A stretch of 64,000 nt of DNA from Isurus oxyrinchus (lineage: Eukaryota), in contig JANJGN010000009.1 of the NCBI GenBank assembly GCA_026770705.1, positions 67,208,001 through 67,272,000 of the forward strand, written 5' to 3'. Within the stretch, counting starts at the first letter, position 1, and each line of letters begins with the position of its first letter. The notes beneath the pieces were generated by a model that was not told the origin of the DNA, did no database searches, and saw only the letters and a list, made by a program, of their open reading frames with translations. The position numbers were made by a program, and so were the translations under genes. Below, piece by piece: positions 50,461-62,319 of this stretch.

Positions 50461-51639
50461 GCGGAGCCTGGACCAAAATATGATTGCACCAAATGGACAA
50501 TTTTGTCTGCCAAAAGCCGTATTTAGTCCTGTGAATAAATGGGTACTCTCTTCATGAGAAAGATTTGGACAAAGTTTTTATTTTAACATGAACATACAAT
50601 GTTATTTTGTGAGTATTATTATGATCATTTGTACATGAAACACTTCGGTTGAAAATGTTGCAGAAATCTCCTGATTCTAAACCTTTCCCAAAGGTTTGCC
50701 TAGCACTTTCTGATGAAGTTGAGAAACAAATAGTTGTTGAATTTAGATAAACTGAAACTGTATCACCTAAATCCAATCACATTCAGTGCTTTAAAGCCAC
50801 AAAATGGTTGTAGTATTCCATGTTTTGTAACCTACGTTTCTCTTATTTTGTTTCCACACTGTATGTTTCTGCAGAGACAGCATAATGTTGAGAATGCTGT
50901 TGACAAATGATTAGAAATTGATTCTAGTATCATGTTGTTGGTATAGTGCCACTGCTGACAGTGAAGTCAGATACAGTATGCCTTATTTTATTTACACCCA
51001 TTCAATGAATCTCAAATGCATCCTTGATATGCAGAGGCTTCAAGGATAAGCTCCTTGATGGATCGAGATTTATGACCTAAAACCTGGAGACCAATTGCAA
51101 ATCCATTTAAGTGTATAGAGCTGTGCTGATTTTTTAGAGTAAGATGCATTGAAACAGTTTACTTTTCAAAGCTGAGACAAGTGAATCTTACTCCTAATGG
51201 ATGAATCTTGACAGGTTTGGTTATATATCCAAAAATCTGAAGAATCATGATCCAGACAGTCAATGCCAAAAATGGAACTCAAAAATAGGCCTTTTTATAT
51301 AAGCTTATAAGACTGTCGACGAAATACTAATTGAGATTTATGAAATATAGAAAAACGGAAATTCACAAAATTATCAATTGGAAGGATAAGCACATAATAG
51401 TTTATGATCAACTGCACCTCCTTCAAGAATACATTGTTACCCTTGCATAAAACACCATTATAACTCATGCAATAATAGAGCAGTGTTGTGGCCAATAATT
51501 TTCCATGCTCCGGGTTAGCTCTTACTGGGTCATGTAAAGATCAATATCTAATTATATTCAATAAGATTATAAACGATATGCAGCCATTACTTGTAGATTA
51601 AAGAAATGGCACTTGTTTGGTGCCATTTCCAACTTCAGA

Positions 51640-51935
51640 ATGTCTCAAAGCTTTACAACCAGTGAAGTGCTTTGAACTGTAGTAATGTAAGGAAATGCAG
51701 CAGTAAGGCCCCACAAGCAGCAGTGAGGTAAATCATCAGATAATCCATGAAATGTTGGTGGTTGAGAAATAAATATTGGCCAGGACAGGAAAACTCCCTC
51801 GCTCTTCTTCAAATAATGCCATGGGATCATTTATGTGTACCTGAGAGAGCAGGCTGCTTTAACATTTCTTTAGAAAGATAGCTGCTCCAAAAAAGCTTCA
51901 ATCCCATGGTACTGCATTGAGATGCTGATCTAGAA
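51640..51935 (-). mobile_element. Deu-domain SINE, partial
   Basis: Reverse complement matches 45690-45930. Confidence 0.7.
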
Positions 51936-52810
51936 TGTCTTTTTATTTTTAAGGTACAACCAGTCACTACTCATGTTATACTAGCTCCTCTCCTGTAACA
52001 TTTTATCTAGAGTATCTATCATAGCTTAAAGGCAGCAATCAATTTTCTCTTGTACTCCAGAAAAGAAAAATGGCAGAAGCTGGAAGGCGAAGATTGTGAA
52101 TTTTTCTTCTCACTGATAAAAGGGATTAAAGCATTCTCATTCTATGTTTATCTAGCTCAGACCGGCTAGGATGCAACAACAAAAATACCTTGTTTAGCTT
52201 TGCTCTTCTTAAATTGAAGATGTCACAATAATGGGAAATTGTGACTGTGTGATATCAACTGATAATTTTGCCAGCTAACCAAAAACATACTGAATTGTTT
52301 AAAAGGGACTTTTTTTAGATAAGGTAAGAAAAGGCACAGACCAAACATGGCTGCCACAAGTCACCTGATGTCTGGAAATGTAAGTTGACCACGAAGTTAC
52401 TATGTGGATTGCACTGCAGACATGCCCTAACTTTATTGTTCATGGAATGTCACACCTGGGGCTGTCGAGGCCCACTTCAAAAAGGAACTATCAAGATAAT
52501 GAGGAACTGCTAGCTAGCTAGGATATACACCCAGCAGACACTCAAACCCCTGTGGAGGATGAAAGAACCCCATCTCCTGTTGGTTTCTGCTATCTTGAAA
52601 TGTGCTAAACGTTTCTGAGATAGAACATCAAAATGTGATTACTTGTTCCACAAAAATGACTACAGCAGGCATAGTAGTCAAATTGCTTTCGAATATATGG
52701 CAAGCAGGACTTTAGGAATTGGATAAAAACAAAATACTGTAAATCTGATACAGAACCAGAAAATACTGGAAAAACCCAACAGGTTGAATAGCATCTGTGG
52801 AGAAAAAAAG

Positions 52811-52849
52811 TGTTAACATTTCGAGTCCGCATGACTCTTCTTCAGAGCT
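52811..52849 (-). ncRNA. Hammerhead motif with canonical CUGAAGA core
   Basis: Minus strand AGCT-CTGAAGA-A-GAGTC-atgcg-GACTC-GAAA-TGTT-AACA; stem I is degenerate. Confidence 0.5.
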
Positions 52850-55800
52850 TAGGGGAAGGAAAAATGTGATGACATTTACACTGTTTAAGGGGGAGTGGAG
52901 GAGATGAAGTGGGATAGAAGGCCAGTGATAGATGGAGGCAAAGGAGAGATTGACAAAGATGTCATGAACAGAAGGACAAAGGGGTGTTAATGGTAGTGGT
53001 ACAGGCTAAAGGAGGTGCTGATGGTGGCATTAAGACTAGAAAACTGAATGTGGCATTCCTGGAAGAGAAATGGCAGTGAATTAAACACTAAGATAAAATC
53101 AAAATACCGTGGATGCTGGAAATATGAAACAAAAACAGAAAATGCTGGAAAAACTCAGCAGGTCCAACAGCATCGATTGAGAAAAATGGAGTTATAATGT
53201 TTCAAGTCTGTATGATTTTTCTTCAGATCTAAAGAGAAGTAAAAATGTGATGACATTTATACTGTTTAAGGGGGGGTGGAGCAGGTGAAGCTGGATAGAA
53301 GGCCAGCGAAAGTGAAGGCAAAAGAGAGATTGACAAAGATGCCATGAACAAAAGGACAAAGGGGTGTATTAATGGCAGTGGTACAGGCTAAAGGAAGTGC
53401 TGATGGTAGCATTAAGGTAAGAAAGCAGAATGTGCTTTCCTGGACCTCTCCCTCTGGCCTTTTACCTGCTCTTGATCTTTTCATTGAGAACTGTCGGCGT
53501 GACATCGGCCGTCTACCCTCCACCCCTTCCTATCCCTCTGACCCCATCCCATCTTCTAATCCCAGCCCTTGCCATGTATTCACCATACCCTCTGACCTTC
53601 CCCTCTCTGATGCTAAATGTTGAATACTCAGCAAAGGGCTCAGTTTCATACCCTTATGCCCTCACCTCAATGAATTTCGGGCTCAGCACGATGCTGAACT
53701 CTTCTTTCACTGCCTTCGTCTCCTTGCTCACTTCATTGGGCAGCAGTCCTCCCCCCTGTTCAACGGATCCTTTCACCTGCCTCCAGTATTCTCCCTCCAC
53801 CTGGACCACACCCTCTGGCCTCTTATGTGCTCTTGATCTTTTCACTGAGTACTGTCGGCATAACATCAGCTATCTCAATTTCTCGCTCCTCTCACCCACT
53901 CTAACTTGTTTCCTTCTGAACTAACTGCGCTCCATTCTCTCAGGTCCAACCCTGACATTGTCACCAAACCTGCTGACAAGGGTGGTGCTGTTGTTGTCTG
54001 GTGTACTGACCTCTACCTCACAAAGGCTGAGCGTCAACTCGCAGACACTTCCTCCTACCTCCCTTTGTACCATGACCCCACCACAGAAAATCAAGCTATT
54101 GTTTCCAGGCCTGTCACTGACCTCATCTCCTCTGGAGATCTTCCCTCCACAGCTTCCATCCTCATAGTTTCCCAGCCCCGGACAGCCCGCTTCTACTTCC
54201 TCCCCAAAAAACACGAACAGGACTATCCCGGTAGACCGACCGTGTCAGCCTGTTCCTGCCCCACAGACCTCATTTCTTCCTATCTTGACTCAGTTCTCTC
54301 TCCCCTTGTCCAGTCTCTTCCCACCTACATCTGCGACTCCTCTGATACCCTATGTCATATCAATAATTTCCAGTTCCCTGGCCCTGACAGCCTCCTCTTC
54401 ACCATGGACGTCCAATCCCTCTACACCTCCATCCCCCTTCAAGATGGTCTGAGGTCTCTCTGCTTCTTCCTTGAACAGAGGCCCGAACAATCCCCATCCA
54501 CCACCACTCTCCTCCGTTTGGCTGAACTTGTTCTCTCACTGAACAATTTCTCCTTAAACTTGTCTCACTTCCTTCAAATAAAAGGTGTGGCTATGAGTGC
54601 ACACATGGGCCCCAGTTATGCCTGTCTCTTTATGGAGTATGTGGAACATTCCTTTTTCCAGCCCCCCTCCCACAACTCTTTTCTTGATATATTGATGACT
54701 GTTTTGGTGCCGCTTCATGCTCTCGTCTGGACCTGGGAAAATTTATCAATTTAGCTTCCAATTTCCACCTTTCCATTACCTTCATATGGTCTATCTCTGA
54801 CACTTCCCTTCCCTTCCTTGATCTCTCTGTCTCAATTTCTGGTGATAGATTGTCCACCAATATTCATTACAAGCCTACCGACTCCCACAGCTACCTCGAC
54901 TACAACTCCTCACACCCCGCTCCCTGTAAGGACTCCATCCCATTCTCTCAGTTCCTTCGCCTCCGTGGCATTTGTTCTGATGATGCTACTTTCCAAAATG
55001 GCGCTTCTGACATGTCTTCCTTCTTCCTTAACCAAGGTTTCCCACCCACAGTGGTTGACAGGGCCCTCAACTGTGTCTGACCCATCTCCCAGACCTCTGC
55101 CCTCGCACCTTCCACTCCCTCCCAGAACTATGATAGGGTCCCCCTTGTCCTTACTTTTCACCCCACCAGCCTCTGTATTCAAAGGATCATCCTCCACCAT
55201 TTCCGCCAACTCCAGCATGATGCCACCACCAAACACATCTTCCCTTCACCCCCACCCCTCCCCATCGGCATTCCGTAGGGATCATTCCCTCCGGGACACC
55301 CTGGTCCACTCCTCCATTACCCCAACACATCATCCCCCTCCCACAGCACCTTTCTATGCAATCGCAGAAGGTGCAACACCTGCCCCTTTACCTGCTCACC
55401 ATCCAAGGGCCAAAACACTCTTTTCAGGTGAAGCAGCGCTTCACTTGCACCTCCTTCAATTTGACCTACTGTATTCGCTGCTCCCAATGCGATCACCTCT
55501 ACATTAGAGAGACCAAACGCAGACTGGGTGACCGCTTTGCGGAACACCTTTGGTCCGTCCGCAAGCATAACCCAGACCTTCCTGTTGTTTGCCATTTCAA
55601 CACGCCACCCTGCTCTCATGCCCACATATCCATTCTTGGCCTGCTGCATTGTTCCAGTGAAACCCAACATAAACTGAAGGAATAGCACCTCATCTTCTGA
55701 TTAGGCACTTTACAGCCTTCCAGACTTAACATTGAGTTTAACAACTTAAGACCATGAACTCTCTCCTCCATCCTCACCACATTTTTATCCCCTTTTTCAA

Positions 55801-56193
55801 TATTCATTTTTATTTTTATACACATTTTTATTTGTATTTATTTTCATTTTTATTCCTTGTTTTATCCTCACCTTTTATCCTACTTTCGATCTTTTTTCCC
55901 ACCACCATCCCTTCGCCCCACGCCCACAAACACCATCTGTCATTTGCTCATGTTGTTCTTTCCAGAGTGCTTACCCTTGTCCTGCTATTATCACATTCTG
56001 TTTTCTTACCTAAATGCCACCATCAGCACCTCCTTTAGCCAGTACCACTACCATTAACATTCCTTTGTCCTTCTGTTCATGACATCTTTGTCAATCTCTC
56101 CTTTGCCTCCACCTATCACTGGTCTTCTCTCAAGCTTCACCTGCTCCACCCTCCTTAAATAGTATAAATGTCACCACATTTTTACTTGTCTTT

Positions 56194-56232
56194 AGCTCTG
56201 AAGAAGAGTCATATGGACTTGAAATGTTAACT
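56194..56232 (+). ncRNA. Hammerhead motif with canonical CUGAAGA core
   Basis: AGCT-CTGAAGA-A-GAGTC-atatg-GACTT-GAAA-TGTT-AACT. Confidence 0.5.
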
Positions 56233-57261
56233 CTGTTTTTCTCTCCACAGATGCTGTTGGACCTGCTAAGCTTTTCCAGCAGTTTCTGTTTTTCATATTG
56301 GGTTTGCCAAGCAGAAGCAGAGGAACCTGGAGAAGCTGCTATGGAAGAGTAAGCAATTTATTTCTCTGTCTCTCTCTAGGAATAAGCACAACACCTGGTT
56401 TAAGAAATCAGCATACTCAAGACCTACGTGTGAACCGAGATTTTGTAAGAATTGCAATATCTTCGAAATCTACCTGCTCCAAGGAACAAGTTAACTTAAC
56501 TCGGACTACAATGTTTAAAATCTATTCCTCAAAGGTAAGCCAAGGACTTCTAACCATATATTGTTTTGACTTTTATTTGGACTCTAACTTTCCTTACTCC
56601 TAATACCTGTGTATATGTGACGTCTCGGGTTTAGTGACTAATAAACTTGCTCTTTCTTTGACACAAGAAAACCCTCATCAATTGGCTCCTTACTGTTCAC
56701 TGCACAGACAGTAAAAAATATATTTGGATTTGCAATAGGCATCCACAGGGAAAAGACATTTAAAAATCTTTGTTGTGACCAACCGAGGAGAGTGAATAGG
56801 GGGGAACCAGTTCACTCTTCTTCACCTGACCATAACAAAGGAGTTAAATGTTCTCTTAGGCCAGTGTGACCAGCCCAGACTAGTAAATTATACTGGCTGC
56901 TCCAAATATATTTCATGTTTTTAAGTTAGCATTAAGTGAGTGGATGTCATGCATTCTGAACAACTCTAATGGCCTAATGATCTTCCTGGAAATGGCATAC
57001 ATGTAATTCTAGAAACTAACTGACACACCACTGCTACCAAATGAAGTAAATCAACCTGAAAATCTAACAAAATACAGAGCAGGTTTACAAAAGGTTATTT
57101 TTTCTACTAAGGAGTATTACTGACAAGGTAAGAGAAAGAAAGTACAATTAAATTAAAATGTAGAGCAGGAATCAGACAACAGAAATAAGAAGAAAGTGCA
57201 TCCTTATATTCAGCATTATGATAATAATGGAGAAAATATTAATAATGAAGCCTCCTGCTAA

Positions 57262-59210
57262 TTAACAACTACTACCCTCCCTCAACTGATAAATCAGTCC
57301 TCCTCCATGTTAAACAGCACATGGAGGAAGCATAGAGGGTGGTAACGGCACAGAATGTACTCTGGGAAGGGAACTTCAATGTCAGTCACCAAGAGTGGCT
57401 CGGTAGAATGACTACTGTCCAAGCTGGCAAGATTTGAAAGACACATCTGCCAGACACAGCCTGCAGTAGCTGGTGAGAGAACCAACAAAAACGAAAAACT
57501 TACTACGTCTTGTACTCACCTATCTACCTGTTGCTGATGCATCTGTCTGTGATAGCATAGGTAGGAGTGACCATTGCACAGTGCTTGTGAAGACCAGTCC
57601 TATCTTCAAACTGAACATATCCTCCATTGTGTTGTGTGTCACTACCACAATGCTACATGGGATATTTTCAGAAGAAATGGGATAGATCCAACAACTCAAA
57701 ACTGGTCATCTATGAGGCACTGTGGGCCATCAGCAGCAGCAGAATTGTATTCAATCACAACCTGTATTCTCATAGCCCAGCATATCCCTCACTCTACCAT
57801 TAACTTCAAGCCAAAGGATCAACCCTGATTCAATGAAGAGTGTAAGAGGGCATGCCAGGATCAGCACCGGGGCAAACCTAAAAATGAGGTGTCAACCTGA
57901 TGAAGCTACAACAGATGAATCTTACATGCCAAGACAACAGAAACCACTTTCTCATTGTGAACCCTACTGCTTGTCCACCTGGCTTTGATCTCACACAGCG
58001 ACAGTGGGCCCTTTTAAACCATTTCCAGACTTGCCAAGGCCTCTGTGCAGCCACCCAACATCAGTGGGGTATCCAAGACCATCCAAGCCGCTGCTGTGGT
58101 GCAGTCCAAACAATAATTGTCATTGTCAAGGGGTGTCCACTGACTAAACTTGAAAGTGAACCTAAAGAACTCCACCTCGCCACTGACAAGCCTATTGCTT
58201 GGTTCTGACTATGCATACAATAAATAAATAATTAAATAAACCTTCAGGTTGGCACATACAATGGATCACAATATCAACAGTGTTTAGATGAAAATGTCGA
58301 GCTATAATGCAACTAGAAAATTGAGCAGTATAAGCAATAAAAAATGGGTATACTCACATGAGAATGGGTTCCCAGCCACCCAACAATGATAACATATGAT
58401 GGTGCAGGGTGGTGTCCCTCAACAATCATGCCACACAAGTGCCAGGCAATGACCATATCCAACAAGAGAAAATCTAACCATCCCTCCTTCATATTCAACA
58501 GCATTACCGTCACTGAATCACTCACTGTCAACATCCTGGGGGTTACCATTGATCAGAAACTGAACTGGACCAGCTACATAAATACTGTGGCTACAAGAGC
58601 AGATCAGAGGCTGGGAATTGTGTGGAGAGTAACTCACCTCCTGATTCCCTAAAGCCTGTCCACCAGCTATAATGCACAAGTCAGGAGTGTGATGGAATAC
58701 TCTCCACTTGCCTGGATGAGTGCAGCTCCAACAACACTCAAGAAGCTCGACACCATCCAGGACAAAGCAACTCGCTTGATCAGCATCCCATCCACCAACG
58801 TAAACATTCACTGCCTCCACAACTGAGTCATGTACAGTGGCAGCACTGTGTGTACATACAATATGCACCGCAGGAACTCACCAAGGCTCTTTCAACATTG
58901 CCTTCCAAACCCATGATCTCTACCACCTAGAAGGACAAGGGTAGTATATATACAAGGAACACCACAGTCTGCAAGTTCCCCTCCAAGCCTCCAAACTTTC
59001 TGACTTGGAACTCCATCACCATTCCTCTACCATCTCTGAATCAAAATCCTCAAACTCCCCAGCAACACTGTGGGTGTTCCTACACCATATGGACTACAGT
59101 GGTTCAAGTAGATGGCTCACCACTATCTTCTTAAGGGCAATTAGGGATGGGTAATAAATGCTGGCCTAGTCAATAACGCCCATATTCCATGAAAGAATAA
59201 AGAAAAACAA
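57262..59210 (+). mobile_element. Internally deleted second copy of the LINE family at 7499-10702
   Basis: 57262-57930 aligns with about 8200-8860 and 58420-59210 with about 9960-10700. Confidence 0.88.
57933..58240 (+). mobile_element. 3' fragment of a Vingi/Ingi-type LINE
   Basis: PPGFDLTQRQWALLNHFQTCQGLC..QWG..CCGAVQT..CP..IAWF* followed by catacaataaataaataa. Confidence 0.75.
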
Positions 59211-59316
59211 AGATTCTTCTATGCAGGTTTACATATCTTAAAAGTGGCATTAAAAGAAAATCCAGAGAACAGTATAATGTTCATAATAGCAACTAATCAA
59301 AATCATGTTGAAAAGT

Positions 59317-60026
59317 GATAAAAACAAAAAAACTGCAGATGCTGGAAATCCAAAACAAAAACAAAAACAGAATTACCTGGAAAAACTCAGCAGGTCTGGC
59401 AGCATTGGCGGAGAAGAAAAGAAACTGGAGGAACAACACCTCATCTTCCGACTAGGCACTTTACAGCCATCCGGACTGAATATTGAATTCAACAACTTTA
59501 GGTCGTGAGCTCCCTCCCCCATCCCCACCCCCTTTCTGTTTCCCCCTTCCTTTTTTTTCTCCAATAAATTATATAGATTTTCCTTTTCCCACCTATTTCC
59601 ATTATAAAAAGAAATTATTTATTTATTTATTTATTTTTACTTCTTTTATGCTCTCCCCAACCCCACTAGAGCTATACCTTGAGTGCCCTACCATCCATTC
59701 TTAATTAGCACATTCGTTTAGATAATATCACCAACTTTAACTTTAACACCTATGTGTTCTTTTGTATTATTGTTGTTGACATCTTTTGATGATCTGCTTC
59801 TATCACTGCTTGTTTGTCCCTACAACCACACCCCCATTCCACCTCTCTCTCTCTCTCTCCACCCCCCACACACACACCTTAAACCAGCTTATATGTCAAC
59901 TCTTTCTTGGACTCGAACTCAAGTTCTGTCGAAGGGTCATGAGGACTCGAAACGTCAACTCTTTTCTTCTCCGCCGATGCTGCCAGACCTGCTGAGTTTT
60001 TCCAGGTAATTCTGTTTTTGTTTTTG
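59317..60026 (+). mobile_element. Short Penelope insertion: inverted pseudo-LTR end (59317-59422) followed by the 3' end
   Basis: KLEEQHLIFRLGTLQPSGLNIEFNNFRS* and a 3' UTR near-identical to 41145-41720. Confidence 0.92.
59922..59960 (+). ncRNA. Hammerhead motif (variant core CUGUCGA, GUC cleavage triplet)
   Basis: AGTT-CTGTCGA-A-GGGTC-atgag-GACTC-GAAA-C-GTC-AACT. Confidence 0.6.
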
Positions 60027-60383
60027 TAACTACAAAGATAGCCTGCGCTACTACTCTGTTGGTTACAGGAGTTCATGCGATCTTCCTTATAACATCCTTC
60101 TTAAAGGTATAATTCACATTACGTAAAACCATATTTACCACAAGGGGGAAAAAATAACATTGGTTAGAATGGAATATGTAGAGGCTAGGCTTCACCACCA
60201 ACCACCCCCTGCACCGCGCACCCCCCCGCCCCACCCCCCCACCCTCCCACCCCCCACCAGTGAAAAGGTAGAGTAAACAAAAAGAAAGATTGTTCAAAGG
60301 GCTATGCAAATATGCTTCATCTGGTCTGTTGTTTGCTTATGGCAATCTAGACAATTAGCTCCGTATTAGCAGTATTAAATGCA

Positions 60384-60693
60384 CCTATGTGTTCTTTTGT
60401 ACCATTGTCACTGACATCTTTTGATGATCTGCTTCTATCACTGCTTGTTTGTCTACACAAGCACCTCTGTCTCTCTCTCTCTCCGCCCCCCCCCCACACA
60501 CACCTTAAACCAGCTTATATTTCAACTCTTTCTTGGACTCGAAATCAAGTTCTGTCGAAGGGTCATGAGGACTCAAAACGTCAACTCTTTTCTTCTCCGC
60601 CGATGCTGCCAGACCTGCTGAGTTTTTCCAGGTAATTCTGTTTTTGTTTTGGATTTCCAGCATCCGCAGTTTTCTTTGTTTTTATCTCTGTGT
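60384..60693 (+). mobile_element. Solo Penelope pseudo-LTR insertion with hammerhead motif at 60548-60586
   Basis: Near-identical to 41455-41754; 9-bp TSD ttaaatgca at 60375-60383 and 60694-60702. Confidence 0.9.
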
Positions 60694-60985
60694 TTAAATG
60701 CAACCCTGTCAGGGGACACACAGTGACAATAGTAGCAGCAGTTATGCTATCCTACCATATATGACAAGTAGTTGAAACTCCTGAGGAAGTACAATAAATG
60801 ATCAATATATTTGAAAAAAGATAAACTAAAGATTGAAGTAGACTTGTACAGATATTAACATACACTCTCGCAGGCTGTTACATTCTAGGAAAGCATTTGA
60901 TATTTGCACCGCTGTTAGCATGGAGAAGAACTAGACTAAAGCAGACAGTGATTTCACTTTTCAAAGACAATCAATATCTCTAAAC

Positions 60986-61487
60986 CATACAACAAAAGTA
61001 AGCTTTTGACATGAAGGTAATATATCTTTAAAAAGAAGCATCTTCAATATTGAACTTTAGAGTCAAAAATCAATGTCGCCTGACAGTGAAAAGAGGGAAG
61101 AGATTGAGGCAGACTTAGCAGCTGTGAAAGCTGTAGGTTGCAATTACTCTGCTCCAAAATAAGGACCTCACTAGGCCAAGAAGAGCAAAATGCTCAGAGT
61201 GGAGCTTGTTTATGAATAACTCAAATTCACAAATATAGAATAAAAATAACAGATTATAATTAATTTCAAGGGGCAACAACTGGAAATATTGCTTTCACTA
61301 CCAGTGCACAGTGTATAGTATGCATAAAACTAGCTAAAATTTGTAGTATAGATGTTATCATGCTTATCTATCTATGATCCATACAAAACCAAAGAGAAAA
61401 CTGCAACTAATACACATGTATCATTTTATTGAAACACCTATTAAAGTCTCAACAAATGCTAGTGTTTAGAAATATTCCTAAAATGCT
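60986..61487 (+). repeat. Probable donor copy of the inverted duplication
   Basis: Reverse complement of 48737-49242, lying in non-TE AT-rich flanks. Confidence 0.95.
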
Positions 61488-61763
61488 GGGGTTTTTCAGC
61501 ACTTTTGTAATCAGACCTATAATTACAACACTTCACCTATTTTACATCTCTATTTTATAAACCAACAACAATGTTTAAGAATTAATCTAGAATATACCTG
61601 ATAACGTACTGAAGGTTTAACTGAAATTTTTACATGAAAAATTACAACATAACCAAATTTATTAATGTAGATCCTTGCGCCTCCTTTACACAAATGATGC
61701 ATTTACAGATTTTAGTCATTACAACAGCTCGCCTAATGGCTCAATGAGTAAATATATCACTTG

Positions 61764-62319
61764 GGGAAGAATTTTCGGGTCAGTGAGCGGAGGTAGGGCC
61801 TGCTAGCCGACACATGAAGTGACCCGTGGTGACGTCAGGCTGCCTTCCTGACATCACTGTGTATCATTTAGATTTCCTGTTCAGCGAGCACACAGCTGAG
61901 TCGGCCTATTAAGGTCTGTTGAAAACTAATTGAACTAATAAACTGAGCTGTCCGTCCAACCTTAAGGTTGGCAGGCAGGCGAAGAACCCAGGTGGCCTTC
62001 ATATTTTTCATGGAACCTCATACACAGGTGGGATGAGGTTTCATGAAGTGTTTAAAAAGTCAATTAAAATTTTTTTAAAATTCATTAATATGTCCCAACA
62101 CTGTCACATGAGGGGTCATGTTTTAAAAGTTTTTAATTTCTTTATTTAGTTGTTTAAAACTTAAACAGGGAGATTTCTGTGCTCTTTGGTACACATGCCC
62201 CCATGATTTGCCCGCCCATGGAAAATGGCAGTGCAAACCCAACCGGGGCCACCAATTGGGTTCGTGCCCGCTCCCGCCCGCCCCCACACAACCTTCTCGA
62301 TGGGGGGAAAATTCTGACC
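61764..62319 (+). mobile_element. Harbinger-type MITE, internally deleted
   Basis: TIRs gggaagaattttc / gaaaattctgacc, TSD TTG, palindrome ccaaccttaaggttgg. Confidence 0.88.

Larger units (their letters stand above)
52722..56297 (+). mobile_element. Degraded Penelope-like element preceded by two tandem inverted pseudo-LTRs (52722-53432)
   Basis: RT KPADKGGAVVV, MDVQSLYTSIP; GIY-YIG TYCIRCSQCDHLYIRET; 52722-53050 and 53090-53432 are reverse complements of about 55960-56297. Confidence 0.93.
52221..56837 (+). mobile_element. Solo LTR (same family as 32541-33613) split by a Penelope insertion
   Basis: TGTCA...TAACA ends, flanks AAGA and AAGG, both ends align with the other LTR. Confidence 0.7.
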
